Assembly (NCBI GenBank): GCA_020847765.1
Contig: JADLBJ010000035.1
Location: 1 to 62,060, forward strand
Length of the DNA: 62,060 nt
Direction of reading: 5' to 3'
Source: Dehalococcoidia bacterium
Lineage (GTDB): Bacteria; Chloroflexota; Dehalococcoidia; Tepidiformales; Tepidiformaceae
Shown here one piece after another: positions 27,712-37,994 of the stretch (positions within the stretch are counted from its first letter, which is position 1; each line of letters starts with the position of its first letter). Position numbers and translations under genes: made by a program. Under the pieces are notes generated by a model, which had not been told where the DNA came from, searched no databases, and saw only the letters and a program-made list of their open reading frames with translations.

Positions 27712-29481
27712 TCACTTCACCACCCGGGCGAAGGCCGCCCAGCGCGTCGCCGTCCCCGCATAGTGCCCCACCACCTCCACCCGCGCTGAGGGCATCTTGC
27801 CGAGCTTGACCGAGTACGTGCCCGTCGTGCTCGTGGTCGCCGTGTAGACAGTCGGGGCCGGCTCGAGGGCGACGCGCACCCGTGTGATCTCGCCGCCGGC
27901 GCCAAGGAAGACGAGCGTGAAGTAGCCGCTGCCCGTCGCCGCCGGCGCCACCTTCGCTCCCACGGTGAAGGTGAAGCTTGCCCCGCCGGTCACCGAGAAA
28001 GCACCCGAGTTGAGGAAGGAGGTCTGGCCTGCCGCAACCTGCAGCTGGAACATGCTCGCTCCCGGCTGCCGATCGGAGTTGCGGATGGTCGCGGGCGCCG
28101 CGCCCCATGCTCCCCAGGGCGCGGCCCCACTCTTGAAATCGCTATTAGGGACGCGCGAGGAGGGGTCGCCTGCCTGGAGGTAGCGCATGCCGTAGAGGCT
28201 GAGCTTCGCGCTGCCGCCGCAGTCGCATTCGGCGTTCACGCGCAGCCCGGCGATTGCCGAGGTCGCGCCCGGGGGCACGACGCCCGTCACCTGGTACTCC
28301 CCGTACTGGCCGTCGCCGCCAGCGGGCGTGACGAAGACCTTGACCGGCGCCTTCGCCACCGCCTTGCCCGAAGCGTCGCGCAGCACGCCGCTGACCGCGC
28401 TCGTCGCCACGCTCAGCGAGACCGACGTCCGCGTCTGGAAGTAGCGGTTGACGAGCCAGATGAACTTGCTCGGATCCGTCTCTGGCAAGAGGTACCGGGG
28501 ATGCATGTGCCAGGACTGAAAGACCACGTGGTCCGGCCGTCCGCCGCCGAGCGTCTCGTACATGGCCATGTGCTCGTCGGCGTGCTGGATCCAGGCGGTG
28601 TCGGTAGCGTCGTCGCCGTTGCCGTTGTAGATCATGCCGAAGGGAATGCCGCGGCTGCGGCTGTATTGTTCGAGCGCCTTGGCGCGCTGGGGCCAGTCGT
28701 CCGCCCGCTGCCAGTCCACGTCCCAATGGAAGAACGGCGGGTAGGCGCCCGTCGCGGTCTTGAACGCCTCGAGCCAGGTCTGAATCTGCGCCACGGGGAC
28801 CGTGTCGGACTCGATCAGACCCACCTGGAGCGCCGGGAACTCGCTGTGCACGGCCTGCAGGTAGGCAGCGATCTCCGTCGCCACCTTCACCGCGGTCCAG
28901 TGGCAGGCCCCCGGACGGTCCAGGTAGGAGCCGAAGGTGAACACCTCGTCCAGGGCCACGTAGCGAAGGCTGCCGCCCGCGGCGGCGACGCGGCGGGCCA
29001 TGATCCGGGTGAGGTCCGGCGCATTAGGCAGGAACCCTTCGACGCCGGCACCGCAGCTCGCCGTCGGCGTCAGGCCCGCGGCTTCGACTGCGATCTGGAT
29101 GCCACGCCGGTTGAGATCGTCCACGACGAGGCGAAGGTCCGCGTCAGTCGCGTTGAGCACCCACTGCGTGTGCAGCTTGAAGACGTTGACCCGCGCCGAG
29201 GCTGCCGCCCAGGGCGCCGCAGGGGAGAAGAGATCCATGAAGTCGCGCGAGCCGAAGCCCGCCATCGAGGGAGGCATCACCATCCCGTAGGGCGCCGGCG
29301 AGAGCCACACCTGCGGGCTCGCGGCGGCCGCGTCGATCGCCACACCGTCCGCCACCTCGCCGTCTTCGGCGCCGGCCAGCCCGCCCGGCGAGAAGACGAC
29401 GCCAAAGGCTGCAGCGAACCCGAGCAAGGCTAGCAGGAAGAGAGCCGCGGACAGCGGCAATCGGCGACCGGACGACAGCAT
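27712..29481 (-). CDS. Secreted hypothetical protein with a putative catalytic barrel plus a C-terminal CBM-like jelly-roll
   Basis: A signal/anchor sequence is present (RRLPLSAALFLLALLGFAAAFG). The central region has alternating beta/alpha character. The C-terminus begins NSDFKSGAAPWGAWG, resembling CBM4/9-style modules. Confidence 0.65.
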   Translation of the reverse strand: MLSSGRRLPLSAALFLLALLGFAAAFGVVFSPGGLAGAEDGEVADGVAIDAAAASPQVWLSPAPYGMVMPPSMAGFGSRDFMDLFSPAAPWAAASARVNVFKLHTQWVLNATDADLRLVVDDLNRRGIQIAVEAAGLTPTASCGAGVEGFLPNAPDLTRIMARRVAAAGGSLRYVALDEVFTFGSYLDRPGACHWTAVKVATEIAAYLQAVHSEFPALQVGLIESDTVPVAQIQTWLEAFKTATGAYPPFFHWDVDWQRADDWPQRAKALEQYSRSRGIPFGMIYNGNGDDATDTAWIQHADEHMAMYETLGGGRPDHVVFQSWHMHPRYLLPETDPSKFIWLVNRYFQTRTSVSLSVATSAVSGVLRDASGKAVAKAPVKVFVTPAGGDGQYGEYQVTGVVPPGATSAIAGLRVNAECDCGGSAKLSLYGMRYLQAGDPSSRVPNSDFKSGAAPWGAWGAAPATIRNSDRQPGASMFQLQVAAGQTSFLNSGAFSVTGGASFTFTVGAKVAPAATGSGYFTLVFLGAGGEITRVRVALEPAPTVYTATTSTTGTYSVKLGKMPSARVEVVGHYAGTATRWAAFARVVK

Positions 29482-29753
29482 GGTCTTTCACCCGTGCGAG
29501 GAGCTGAAGACGGCCGCCAGCCCCTCGCACACCCCCACATCCACCACACGTCTGGGAGGCCGTTCCCGCAGAGGCCTCGAAGAGGGCAGCCGTCGCGCCC
29601 CGATCATCGACGCCCCGGGCGCCCGCCCCCAGCTACCCAACGCCCCCTGTCACGCGCCTTCCACCGCGACATCCCCGGATTGGCTGCGGCACCGGGCGGG
29701 GACGTTTCACGGGTGCTCCTTCTCCCTTTGCCCCCCTCCGCTACTATGTCGGG

Positions 29754-30800
29754 ATGAGCGAAGAACGCGCCTACGCTGCCGCCGGCGTCGACATCGCGGC
29801 CCGCGGCCGTTTCGCCGCCAGCCTGCCGGGGATCCTGGCCCGCGCACGCCGGCCCGAGGTGCTGAGCGACGCCGGCCCCTTCAGCGGTCTCTTCCAGCTG
29901 GGCGGCCGCTACCGGGACCCGGTCCTCGCCGCCAGCGCCGACGGCATCGGCACGAAGGTCCGCCTGCAAATGGCAGCCGACCGGCTCGACCTCTGCGGCA
30001 CCGACATCATCGGCCACAGCGTGAACGACATCCTCGCCTGCGGGGCCGAGCCGCTCTTCTTCCTCGACTACATCGCCGGCAACGCCCTCACCAACGAGCA
30101 GAAAACGACGCTCGTCGAGGGCATGGCGCGCGCCTGCGCAGAGGTTGGCTGCGCCCTGCTCGGCGGCGAAACGGCCGACATGCCCGACGTCTACGCCCGC
30201 GGCGAATTCGACCTGGCCGGCTTCATCGTCGGCGTGGTCGAACGCGACGCCGTGCTCGACGGCACACGCGTACGCGCCGGCGACTTCCTCGTCGGCATCC
30301 CCAGCAGCGGCCTGCACACCAACGGCTATTCCCTCGCGCGGCGCGTGCTCGGCGTCGGCATGGGCGAACAGGCGGCCGAAACAAGGTCCCGACTCGACGA
30401 GCGGCCGGCCCTGCTCGGCGGCGTCACTCTGGGCGAGGCGCTGCTCGCAACCCACCGCCCCTACCATCGGCTCGTCCGACCTGTCCTCGGGCAGATCCAC
30501 GCCATCGCGCACATCACCGGTGGCGGCTTTCCGGAAAACCTCCCCCGCGTCCTGCCCGCCGGGCTGGCGGCGAGCGTCGACACCTCATCCTGGAACGTGC
30601 CTCCCGTCTTCCGGCTCATCCAGGAGCGCGGCGCCATCGCACCCGAGGAGATGTACGAGGTCTTCAACATGGGCGTCGGCCTCATCCTCGTGGTCGATTC
30701 CACAGCCCTCGCCCAGGTCCTGGCCGCCATCCCCGAGGCCGTGCCCGTCGGGCGTGTGCACGAAGCGGCGGGACGGCGCGTGGAGCTGCTGGGGCTGTGA
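29754..30800 (+). CDS. purM: Phosphoribosylformylglycinamidine cyclo-ligase (AIR synthetase)
   Basis: Diagnostic blocks are YAAAGVDI, ASADGIGTKV, and DYIAGN...GGETADMP. TACTAT at 29742-29747 lies 6 nt before the ATG, so the transcript may be leaderless. Confidence 0.95.
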   Translation: MSEERAYAAAGVDIAARGRFAASLPGILARARRPEVLSDAGPFSGLFQLGGRYRDPVLAASADGIGTKVRLQMAADRLDLCGTDIIGHSVNDILACGAEPLFFLDYIAGNALTNEQKTTLVEGMARACAEVGCALLGGETADMPDVYARGEFDLAGFIVGVVERDAVLDGTRVRAGDFLVGIPSSGLHTNGYSLARRVLGVGMGEQAAETRSRLDERPALLGGVTLGEALLATHRPYHRLVRPVLGQIHAIAHITGGGFPENLPRVLPAGLAASVDTSSWNVPPVFRLIQERGAIAPEEMYEVFNMGVGLILVVDSTALAQVLAAIPEAVPVGRVHEAAGRRVELLGL

Positions 30801-31504
30801 ACCGGGCACTCGAGCGCGCCGCTCGGGTCGTCCACCACGCCTGGTGGGTGCTGCCCGTCTTCGCCCTCGCGCTCGCCCTCCTCCTCGTCTTCCAGCTGCT
30901 CGGGTTGGACCACTTGAACGACGGCGCGTCCGTGACGACGACTGAATCGACGATCCGCCGCGACTACGACGTCGGCCCGAACCCGTCGCTCACCATCGAC
31001 ACCTGGCGGGGCGACGTTACCGTCCACGCCGAACCCGGCACGCACATCACGCTCACGATCGTCCTGCGCGGCGCCGGTGCCAACCAGCTCAGCGCCCAGC
31101 GCGACGTGCAGCGCATGGCCACGGCAATCGACCAGGACGGCACGGGCATCCGCGTCACCACGCGTGCCGGCCGCACCGACGAGCCGGCTCAGTCGTTCGC
31201 CCGAATCGAGGTCGGTGTGCCCCCGGGCGCGCGCGTCGCCATCACCACCGGCGGTGGCACGGTCGAGGTCAGCGGCCTGGAGGGCAACCTGCTCGCGGTC
31301 ACCCGCCTGGGCGACATCCTCGTGCGCGTGCCGCCCGGCCGTGCTTTCCAGGTCGACGCGACGCGATCGCTGAAGACGGATCTCGAGCTTCAGCAGCAGC
31401 GCCCGCCGGCAGGGATGAAGGTGCGGGCCATTTCCGGGACGGCGCCCGCCCAGTTCCTGACCTTGCAGGCGCCCGGTGGCATCCGCCTGGAAGAAGTCCG
31501 CTGA
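30797..31504 (+). CDS. Membrane-anchored DUF4097-like (putative adhesin/beta-helix) protein
   Basis: The GTG start overlaps the purM stop (GTGA). An N-terminal TM helix is followed by repeated GDVTVHA / GGGTVEVSG / GDILVRV strands. Confidence 0.6.
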   Translation: MNRALERAARVVHHAWWVLPVFALALALLLVFQLLGLDHLNDGASVTTTESTIRRDYDVGPNPSLTIDTWRGDVTVHAEPGTHITLTIVLRGAGANQLSAQRDVQRMATAIDQDGTGIRVTTRAGRTDEPAQSFARIEVGVPPGARVAITTGGGTVEVSGLEGNLLAVTRLGDILVRVPPGRAFQVDATRSLKTDLELQQQRPPAGMKVRAISGTAPAQFLTLQAPGGIRLEEVR

Positions 31505-31677
31505 GAGCGACTTCGGTAAACGCCCTCTCTGTCTGGGCACCTGTCGCATGCGTTACACTGGAAGCAGTTCCTGAGGGGTACCGCCCCTGGTTGCCGCCGC
31601 GCTGATAGCTGTCTGCCTGTTTCCCAACGCGCCACCACAGTGCCACGCCCGCTCCGCCGCGCCTGCCTTCTCGTACG

Positions 31678-32307
31678 ATGACTGAGACGCGCACCACCAG
31701 GACCGTCGGCGTGCTCGCACTGCAGGGCGACTTCCGCGAGCACCGCGAGATGCTCGCGGCCCTCGGCCACGAGGTGCGCGAAGTGCGCCTTCCCGGACAT
31801 CTCGCCGGCCTCGACGCCCTCGTCATCCCCGGCGGCGAGAGCACGACGATCGCCCGGCTGATCCTCTCGAACGGGCTCCAGCAGCCCCTGCGCGCGTTCT
31901 GCCTGAGCGGGCGCCCCGTCTGGGGAACCTGCGCCGGCGCCATCCTCCTCGCCCGTCAGGTCGACCGGCTCGACCGCCCGGGCATCGAGGTGATGAACAT
32001 CAGCATTCTCCGCAACGCCTTCGGCCGCCAGCTCGACAGCTTCGAAGCCGACCTCGACATCCGCGGCCTCGCTGGCGGCCCCTTCCACGCCGTCTTCATT
32101 CGCGCGCCCGTCATCGAACGGGTGGTGCCGCCGGCCGAGGCCCTCGCGACCCTTCCCGACGGGCGGATCGTGGCAGCGCGTCAGGGCAACCTCCTGGCAA
32201 CGGCCTTCCACCCCGAGCTGACCGGCGACACCCGCCTCCACGCCTACTTCCTCTCGCTCGCCGCCGAGGCCGAGGCGCGGCCCCTCGCCCTGGAGGGGCG
32301 GCCATGA
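31678..32307 (+). CDS. pdxT: Pyridoxal 5'-phosphate synthase, glutaminase subunit
   Basis: Diagnostic blocks are [23 protein letters not shown], the catalytic Cys in [11 protein letters not shown], and FHPELT. Confidence 0.9.
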   Translation: MTETRTTRTVGVLALQGDFREHREMLAALGHEVREVRLPGHLAGLDALVIPGGESTTIARLILSNGLQQPLRAFCLSGRPVWGTCAGAILLARQVDRLDRPGIEVMNISILRNAFGRQLDSFEADLDIRGLAGGPFHAVFIRAPVIERVVPPAEALATLPDGRIVAARQGNLLATAFHPELTGDTRLHAYFLSLAAEAEARPLALEGRP

Positions 32308-33227
32308 CCGAGCTGCGCGCCGAGTCCCTCAGCCCGCTGGACGCGCCTGCCCTCTGGCCCCAGCTCCACCGCCTGGGCACCGAGGTTGTGGCCACCCGCG
32401 CCGCCGACAACCTCCTCCTGCGCGCCGGGCTGGCCGCCACCGGGATCACGAATCTGGCGCGCCTGCCGCACACGGCCGTGCTCGGGCTCAAACGCGGCCT
32501 CGGCTACCGCGGCATCCTCGTCACCCGCGAGCTCGACGGCGGCGCCGGCTGGGAGACGGTCTCGCTCCGCCTGGCGCGCGACAAGGACGACGAGGCCGTC
32601 ACGGCGCTCCTCGCCGCTGCAGCCGCCGAGGCCGGGCGCCGCCGCGGGCGGACGCTCTACCTCCGCTGCGCCGACGGATCACCCCATCGCGAGGCGATCA
32701 GGCGTGCCGGGCTGATGCCCTACCGGCGCGAACACCTCTTTGTGCCACCGGCTGCTCCACCGCCGTCCGGCGAGACCCCCTTCCGCCCAGCAACGCGGAC
32801 CGACCGCCACGGCGTCTTCCGGCTGTATTGTCGCGCCGTCCCCGAGAACGTGCGGCGCCAGGAAGCACTGACGCAGCAGGACTGGCGGGCCGTCATCAGC
32901 TCCTACGACTGCGAGCGGGAGTTCGTCGTCGATCGCGAGGGCACCGTGGCCGCCTGGGCTGGCTTCGGCGAACGAGAGATCCACGTCCTCGCCGAGGTCG
33001 CCGTCGAAGGCCTGGACGACGCCCTCCTCGACCTCGTGGAGCAGCACTGCCCGCGCCACGGCGCGCTCGTGCTCGGAGACGATCAGCAGTCTCTGCAGCA
33101 CGCCGCCGCCGGACGGGGTTTCACGCCGCTCGGCGTCCGCGTGCTCTGGGCGCGCCGTCTGGCCGCTCTCAATCCCCTGAAGGAGGTGGTCGCGGTCCCG
33201 GCCGAGTCAATGGCCCTGCCGCAGTAA
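32304..33227 (+). CDS. Hypothetical protein (possible degenerate GNAT-like fold)
   Basis: Its start overlaps the pdxT stop (ATGA). The 307-aa ORF has high GC3. I saw no clear catalytic motif. Confidence 0.5.
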   Translation: MTELRAESLSPLDAPALWPQLHRLGTEVVATRAADNLLLRAGLAATGITNLARLPHTAVLGLKRGLGYRGILVTRELDGGAGWETVSLRLARDKDDEAVTALLAAAAAEAGRRRGRTLYLRCADGSPHREAIRRAGLMPYRREHLFVPPAAPPPSGETPFRPATRTDRHGVFRLYCRAVPENVRRQEALTQQDWRAVISSYDCEREFVVDREGTVAAWAGFGEREIHVLAEVAVEGLDDALLDLVEQHCPRHGALVLGDDQQSLQHAAAGRGFTPLGVRVLWARRLAALNPLKEVVAVPAESMALPQ

Positions 33228-33229
33228 TC

Positions 33230-34921
33230 GTGACACAGCCCGAACAGCCCGCACAGCTCGCTCCCGAGCAGATCGTCACCGACGACCTCGACCTCCTGCT
33301 CGACGCCCTTCCCCCTCATGTCTGCGCCTTCCTCCGCGACGAACAGCGCCGCGTCGACTTGCTCGAAGTCGTCCTCGACCTCGGCCGGCTGCCCGAGGCG
33401 CGCTACCCAGGGCGCGAAGTCGTCCTCAGCCGCGACGAAGTCACCGACGAGGACCTGGAATACGTCATCGACCGGATCGGCGAGTTCGGCGGCGACAACC
33501 GCGCCGGCATCGAACGCACACTGCACCGCATCTCCTGCATCCGCAACCGGCGGGGCAAGGTCGTCGGCCTCACCTGCCGCGTCGGCCGCGCCGTCTACGG
33601 AACCATCCGCGTCATCGAGGACCTCGTCTTCAGCGGCAAGAGCATCCTCCTCCTCGGGCGGCCCGGCGTCGGCAAGACGACCATGCTCCGCGAGGTCGCG
33701 CGCGTGCTCGCCGACGACGCCAACAAGCGCGTCGTCATCGTCGACACCTCGAACGAGATCGGCGGCGACGGCGACATCCCCCACCCCGCGATCGGCGGGG
33801 CGCGGCGCATGCAGGTGCCCTCGCCCGCCCTCCAGCACGCCGTCATGATCGAGGCCGTCGAGAACCACATGCCCGAAGTCATCGTCATCGATGAGATCGG
33901 CACCGAACTCGAGGCTGCAGCGGCCCGCACCATCGCCGAGCGCGGCGTCCAGCTCGTCGGCACCGCCCACGGCAACTCACTCGAGAACCTCATGCTCAAC
34001 CCCACCCTCGCCGACCTCATCGGTGGCATCCAGTCGGTCACGCTGGGGGACGAAGAGGCGCGCCGCCGCGGCACGCAGAAGTCCATCCTCGAGCGCAAAG
34101 CACCGCCTACCTTCGACGTCGTCGTCGAGATCCAGAGCTGGGCGCGGGTCGCCCTCCATGCCGACGTTGCGGCGACCGTGGACGCTCTCCTTCGCGGTTG
34201 GGCGGCGCCGGCCGAGGTGCGCCAGCTTGCCGCCAGCGGTCGCATCGAGATCGTGGACGAGGAGCCGGCGCCGGGGCGACAATCCGCTTCCCGCGGCCCG
34301 GCCACGTCGCGCGTCAACGGCGGCTGGGAGCTCGGCCAGCCGCTCCGCCGGCGAAACGGCGGCCACGTGAGCGAAGAACCCGGTTCTGAACCGCCCCGTG
34401 AGCGCCTTGCCGCCGCCGAGCAGGCGGGAACGGCAGTTAGGCTCTACCCCTTCGGGCTCTCGCGGCAGCGCCTCGAGCAGGCGATCCGCTCGACCGGGGT
34501 CCCCGCCGAAATGGTCGCCGACGTGCGGGACGCCGACGCCGTCGTGACGTTGCGCACCTATTACCGCCGCAAGCCGCCCGCCCTGCGCGACGCCGAAGAG
34601 CGATCGATCCCCATTTATGTCATTAAGAGCAACACCGCCTACCAGATGGAGCAGGTGCTGCTCCAGTTCCGCGGGGGTGAGCACACGGTGAGGCGCGACC
34701 CGATGGTCGACGTCTTCCGCGAAACCGAGGACGCCATCGCCCGTGTCATCGAAGAGGGCCGGCCAATAGAGCTCCCGCCCGCCAACAGCTACGTGCGCCG
34801 CGTGCAGCATCAATTGGCGACGCGCTACAACCTGGACAGTCGCAGCTCCGGCAAGGAGCCCTTTCGGCGAGTGAAGATCCTGCCCTTCGCCGGCGCCGCC
34901 TTCACGCGCGAGCAGGCGTAG
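33230..34921 (+). CDS. SpoIIIAA/Ycf45-like AAA ATPase with a C-terminal R3H nucleic-acid-binding domain
   Basis: Walker [13 protein letters not shown] and Walker B VIVIDEIG are present, with TAHG downstream. The C-terminal R3H-type region is [25 protein letters not shown] start at 33230. Confidence 0.8.
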   Translation: MTQPEQPAQLAPEQIVTDDLDLLLDALPPHVCAFLRDEQRRVDLLEVVLDLGRLPEARYPGREVVLSRDEVTDEDLEYVIDRIGEFGGDNRAGIERTLHRISCIRNRRGKVVGLTCRVGRAVYGTIRVIEDLVFSGKSILLLGRPGVGKTTMLREVARVLADDANKRVVIVDTSNEIGGDGDIPHPAIGGARRMQVPSPALQHAVMIEAVENHMPEVIVIDEIGTELEAAAARTIAERGVQLVGTAHGNSLENLMLNPTLADLIGGIQSVTLGDEEARRRGTQKSILERKAPPTFDVVVEIQSWARVALHADVAATVDALLRGWAAPAEVRQLAASGRIEIVDEEPAPGRQSASRGPATSRVNGGWELGQPLRRRNGGHVSEEPGSEPPRERLAAAEQAGTAVRLYPFGLSRQRLEQAIRSTGVPAEMVADVRDADAVVTLRTYYRRKPPALRDAEERSIPIYVIKSNTAYQMEQVLLQFRGGEHTVRRDPMVDVFRETEDAIARVIEEGRPIELPPANSYVRRVQHQLATRYNLDSRSSGKEPFRRVKILPFAGAAFTREQA

Positions 34922-34981
34922 CCGCCCCGGGGCCGAGAGCGTCGCCCCCCTGCGTCCGCTGCGGGGAAGCACCGCCCAGGC

Positions 34982-35893
34982 TCAGCTGGTCTTCTCCTTG
35001 ATGAACGCCCCCGCCTCCTCGATCGCCTCTTGCGCTTCGGGCAGCATGGCGGCAAAGAGGTGCCAGACGTGCACCATCTCGTCCCACGGTCGGAAACGGA
35101 CTTCGACGCCGTCGCAGCGGGCGCGGGCGTCCAGCCGCGCGGCGTCGTCGAAGAGCGTCTCGAACATGCCCACCTGGATGAGCAGCGGCGGCAGCCCCTG
35201 GAGGTCGGCGTAGAGCGGCGAGGCGAGCGGCGAGCGCGGGTCGGCGCCGGCCAGGTAGGCCACGGCCATCGCCGCCACGCCCGCGGTCTGGACCACCGGG
35301 TCGAGGGCGGCGCGCGCCTGCAGGGAGTCGCCCGTCATCGCCAGGTCCGCCCAGGGCGAGAGGCAGACGCCCGCCGCCGGCAGAGCCACGCCCCGCTCGC
35401 GCAGCGCGACGAGCGCCGCCACCGCCAGCCCTCCGCCCGCCGAATCGCCCGCGATCGCGAGACGACCGGGCGAAAAGCCCTGGTGCAGCAGCCAGCGGTG
35501 GGCGGCGACGGCGTCCTCGACCGCCGCCGGAAAGGGGTGCTCGGGAGCCAGGCGGTAGTCCAGGGCGAGCACGCGGCAGCCCGCAGCCCGCGAGAGCCGC
35601 GCGCAGAGGTCGCGGTGCGTCGTGACCGAGCCCAGCACGTAGCCCCCACCGTGCAAGTAGAGCACCGCCCGCTCGAGCTCGGTGCCCGGAGCGGCGATCC
35701 ATTCGGCAGGGACGCCGTCGCAGTCGAGCCGCGTGCAGGTCACGTCGGCCGCGATCGGGCTGGCCAGCATCGCCTCCATCCCGGCACGCATCTCCGCGAA
35801 CGTCAGGCCCGGCGGCGGCGCCGGCCGCGCGCGCAACATCTCGATGACTGCCCGGTTCTGATCGCTGACCATGCCGTCCTCCTGAGAGCTCAC
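34982..35893 (-). CDS. Alpha/beta hydrolase, hormone-sensitive-lipase family esterase
   Basis: It has the HGGG oxyanion motif (LYLHGGGYVLGS) and the nucleophile elbow GDSAGG. Confidence 0.85.
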   Translation of the reverse strand: MSSQEDGMVSDQNRAVIEMLRARPAPPPGLTFAEMRAGMEAMLASPIAADVTCTRLDCDGVPAEWIAAPGTELERAVLYLHGGGYVLGSVTTHRDLCARLSRAAGCRVLALDYRLAPEHPFPAAVEDAVAAHRWLLHQGFSPGRLAIAGDSAGGGLAVAALVALRERGVALPAAGVCLSPWADLAMTGDSLQARAALDPVVQTAGVAAMAVAYLAGADPRSPLASPLYADLQGLPPLLIQVGMFETLFDDAARLDARARCDGVEVRFRPWDEMVHVWHLFAAMLPEAQEAIEEAGAFIKEKTS

Positions 35894-35935
35894 GCCTGGA
35901 GACGATTCTAGCCGGCCACGGACTATCGACGCAGC

Positions 35936-35964
35936 TTACGGCACCGATTAGCCCCAGCTATACT
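35936..35964 (+). promoter_or_regulatory. Putative promoter (TTACGG, 17-nt spacer, TATACT)
   Basis: TATACT lies at 35959-35964 with TTACGG exactly 17 nt upstream. It sits 66 nt before the monooxygenase start. Confidence 0.35.
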
Positions 35965-36029
35965 GAACTCCCCCCGGGCGACCGGCGAGCGGGCAGACGC
36001 GAAGCTTGATCCACGCGGAGGATCCCAGG

Positions 36030-37328
36030 ATGAAGTTCCACTGGTTCCACCTGATGCCCTGGCCCTACCTGCCGGACGACTTCACGCTGCGCTACCGCTC
36101 CGTCTGGGTGGATCCCGACTACGCGCTCTACGACCCTGTGCGGGGTAACGCCCTCTACCACGAGTATCTGGACGAGCTGGAGTTCGCCGAGAAGTGCGGC
36201 TTCGACGGGGTCTGCGTCAACGAGCACCACGCCAACGCATACGGCCTCATGCCGAGCCCCAACCTCATGGCGGCCGCCCTCATCCGGCGCACCAGCCGAG
36301 CGGCGATCGTCGTCATGGGCAACTCGATCGCCCTTTACAACCCGCCGCTCCGGGTGGCCGAGGAGCTGGCCATGCTCGACGTCCTTTCCGGCGGGCGCGT
36401 GGTCGCCGGCTTTCCCGTCGGCACCTCGATGGACACGAACTTCGCCGATGGCATCCCGGGGGCGGAGCTGCGCGAACGGTACTACGAGGCCCACGACCTC
36501 ATCCTCCAGGCCTGGAAGGACAAGAGCGTCAGCCACTTCAACGGCAAATACACGCAAATCCGCTACATGAACCCCTGGCCGCGCCCTCTCCAGGAGCCCC
36601 ACCCGCCCATCTGGATCCCCGGCGGCGGCTCGATCGAGACCTGGGAGTGGTGCGCCGACCTTGGCTACCTCTACGCCTACCTCTCCTACAGCGGCTACCT
36701 GCGCGCCAAGAGCGTGATCGACGGCTTCTGGCAGCGCATGGAGGAGCGCGGCAAAGAGCCCAACCCCTACCAGGCGGGCTTCTTCCAGGTGATGGCCGTC
36801 GCCGAGAACATGGCCGAGGCCAAGCGCCTCTACGCGCCGCACGTCGAGTACTTCTATCAGCGCTGCCTGCACCTCTACCCCGGCTTCGTCGACGCCCCCG
36901 GCTACCGCACGAACCGAACCGTGAAGGCGGGCATCCGCTCGCAAATGGAGATGGCCGCCCAGCGTGCCACCCTCCATCTCGAGTGGGATACCCTCGTCCG
37001 CCTGGGCTACGTCATCGCGGGCAGCCCGGACGACGTCTGCGAACAGCTCGACCGACTGGCCGACGACCTCCGCGTGGGCCACCTGATGTGCGGCCTCCAG
37101 CTCGGTTCGATGCCGCGCGAGGAGGTGCTGTACAACACGCAGCTCTTCCAGGAGAAGGTCGCCCCCCGCCTGCGCGGCAAATGGGGGGAGTACGAAGACC
37201 ACTGGGCGCCCCGGCCTCTGCCAGAGAGCGAGCGCGCCGCCCCGATCGCGACGCCCTACGTTCCCGGACAGCCGCCGCTTCCTCGGAGCCTCCTCCTCGA
37301 ACCGTCTGCCGAAGGAGCGCGCAGCTGA
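36030..37328 (+). CDS. Luciferase-like (LLM class) flavin-dependent oxidoreductase
   Basis: The N-terminus MKFHWFHLMPWPYL is typical of LLM-class proteins. GGAGGA (36017-36022) lies upstream of the ATG. Confidence 0.8.
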   Translation: MKFHWFHLMPWPYLPDDFTLRYRSVWVDPDYALYDPVRGNALYHEYLDELEFAEKCGFDGVCVNEHHANAYGLMPSPNLMAAALIRRTSRAAIVVMGNSIALYNPPLRVAEELAMLDVLSGGRVVAGFPVGTSMDTNFADGIPGAELRERYYEAHDLILQAWKDKSVSHFNGKYTQIRYMNPWPRPLQEPHPPIWIPGGGSIETWEWCADLGYLYAYLSYSGYLRAKSVIDGFWQRMEERGKEPNPYQAGFFQVMAVAENMAEAKRLYAPHVEYFYQRCLHLYPGFVDAPGYRTNRTVKAGIRSQMEMAAQRATLHLEWDTLVRLGYVIAGSPDDVCEQLDRLADDLRVGHLMCGLQLGSMPREEVLYNTQLFQEKVAPRLRGKWGEYEDHWAPRPLPESERAAPIATPYVPGQPPLPRSLLLEPSAEGARS

Positions 37329-37334
37329 GCGGAT

Positions 37335-37994
37335 TCAGCCGAGGTGGTCGCCGTCGGCGCTCTGCCCGACGGCCGCGCGGTCGGCGACCACCACCACACG
37401 GGCTGCGGCGACACGCGCCGCCGGGATGTCCTCTCCGCCCAGCAGCGCCGCCAGCGCCTGCGCCTTCTCCGCGCCGGAGACGAGGAAGAGCGCTACGCTG
37501 GCCGCATTGAGCACCGGCAACGTCAGCGTCAGCCGGGCGTGGTCGGGGCGGGCGACGCGCACGACGAGCCGCTCACCCTCCTCCAGGGCCGCGTCGCCGG
37601 GGAAGAGGGAGGCCGTGTGGCCATCGGCGCCGAGACCGAGCAGCACCAGGTCCATGCCCGGCGGCTCCGTCGCGAAGAACGCTCGCAATTCGGTCTCGTA
37701 GGCCGTCGCGTCGCACGTCCCGCCGGGCATCGGGTGCACCCGCGCCGGTACGTGGGCCAGCAGCGTCTCGGCTGCCATGCAGTAGTTCGAGTCGGCATGC
37801 GAGGGCGGCACGCAGCGCTCGTCGCCGAAGAACAGATCGGTCTGTCCCCACGGGTAGGGCACGGCCGCGAGGTGGCGGTAGAGTGCCGCCGGCGTGCGTC
37901 CACCAGCCAGCGCGACCGTGCGCGGCGCGATCTCGAGGAAGAGGCGGGAGGCTACCGCCCCCAGGTCCTCGGCGACGACCAGCTCGCGGCTCAT
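37335..37994 (-). CDS. pgl: 6-phosphogluconolactonase
   Basis: Diagnostic blocks are LAGGRTPAALY and FFGDERCVPPSHADSNY. Its start overlaps the zwf stop (ATGA). Confidence 0.85.
   Translation of the reverse strand: MSRELVVAEDLGAVASRLFLEIAPRTVALAGGRTPAALYRHLAAVPYPWGQTDLFFGDERCVPPSHADSNYCMAAETLLAHVPARVHPMPGGTCDATAYETELRAFFATEPPGMDLVLLGLGADGHTASLFPGDAALEEGERLVVRVARPDHARLTLTLPVLNAASVALFLVSGAEKAQALAALLGGEDIPAARVAAARVVVVADRAAVGQSADGDHLG

Noticed and set aside
31505-31535. A hairpin (GAGAG...CTCTC) after the DUF4097-like gene as a possible terminator.
   Set aside because: The stem is only 5-6 bp with a bulge, and there is no T-tract.
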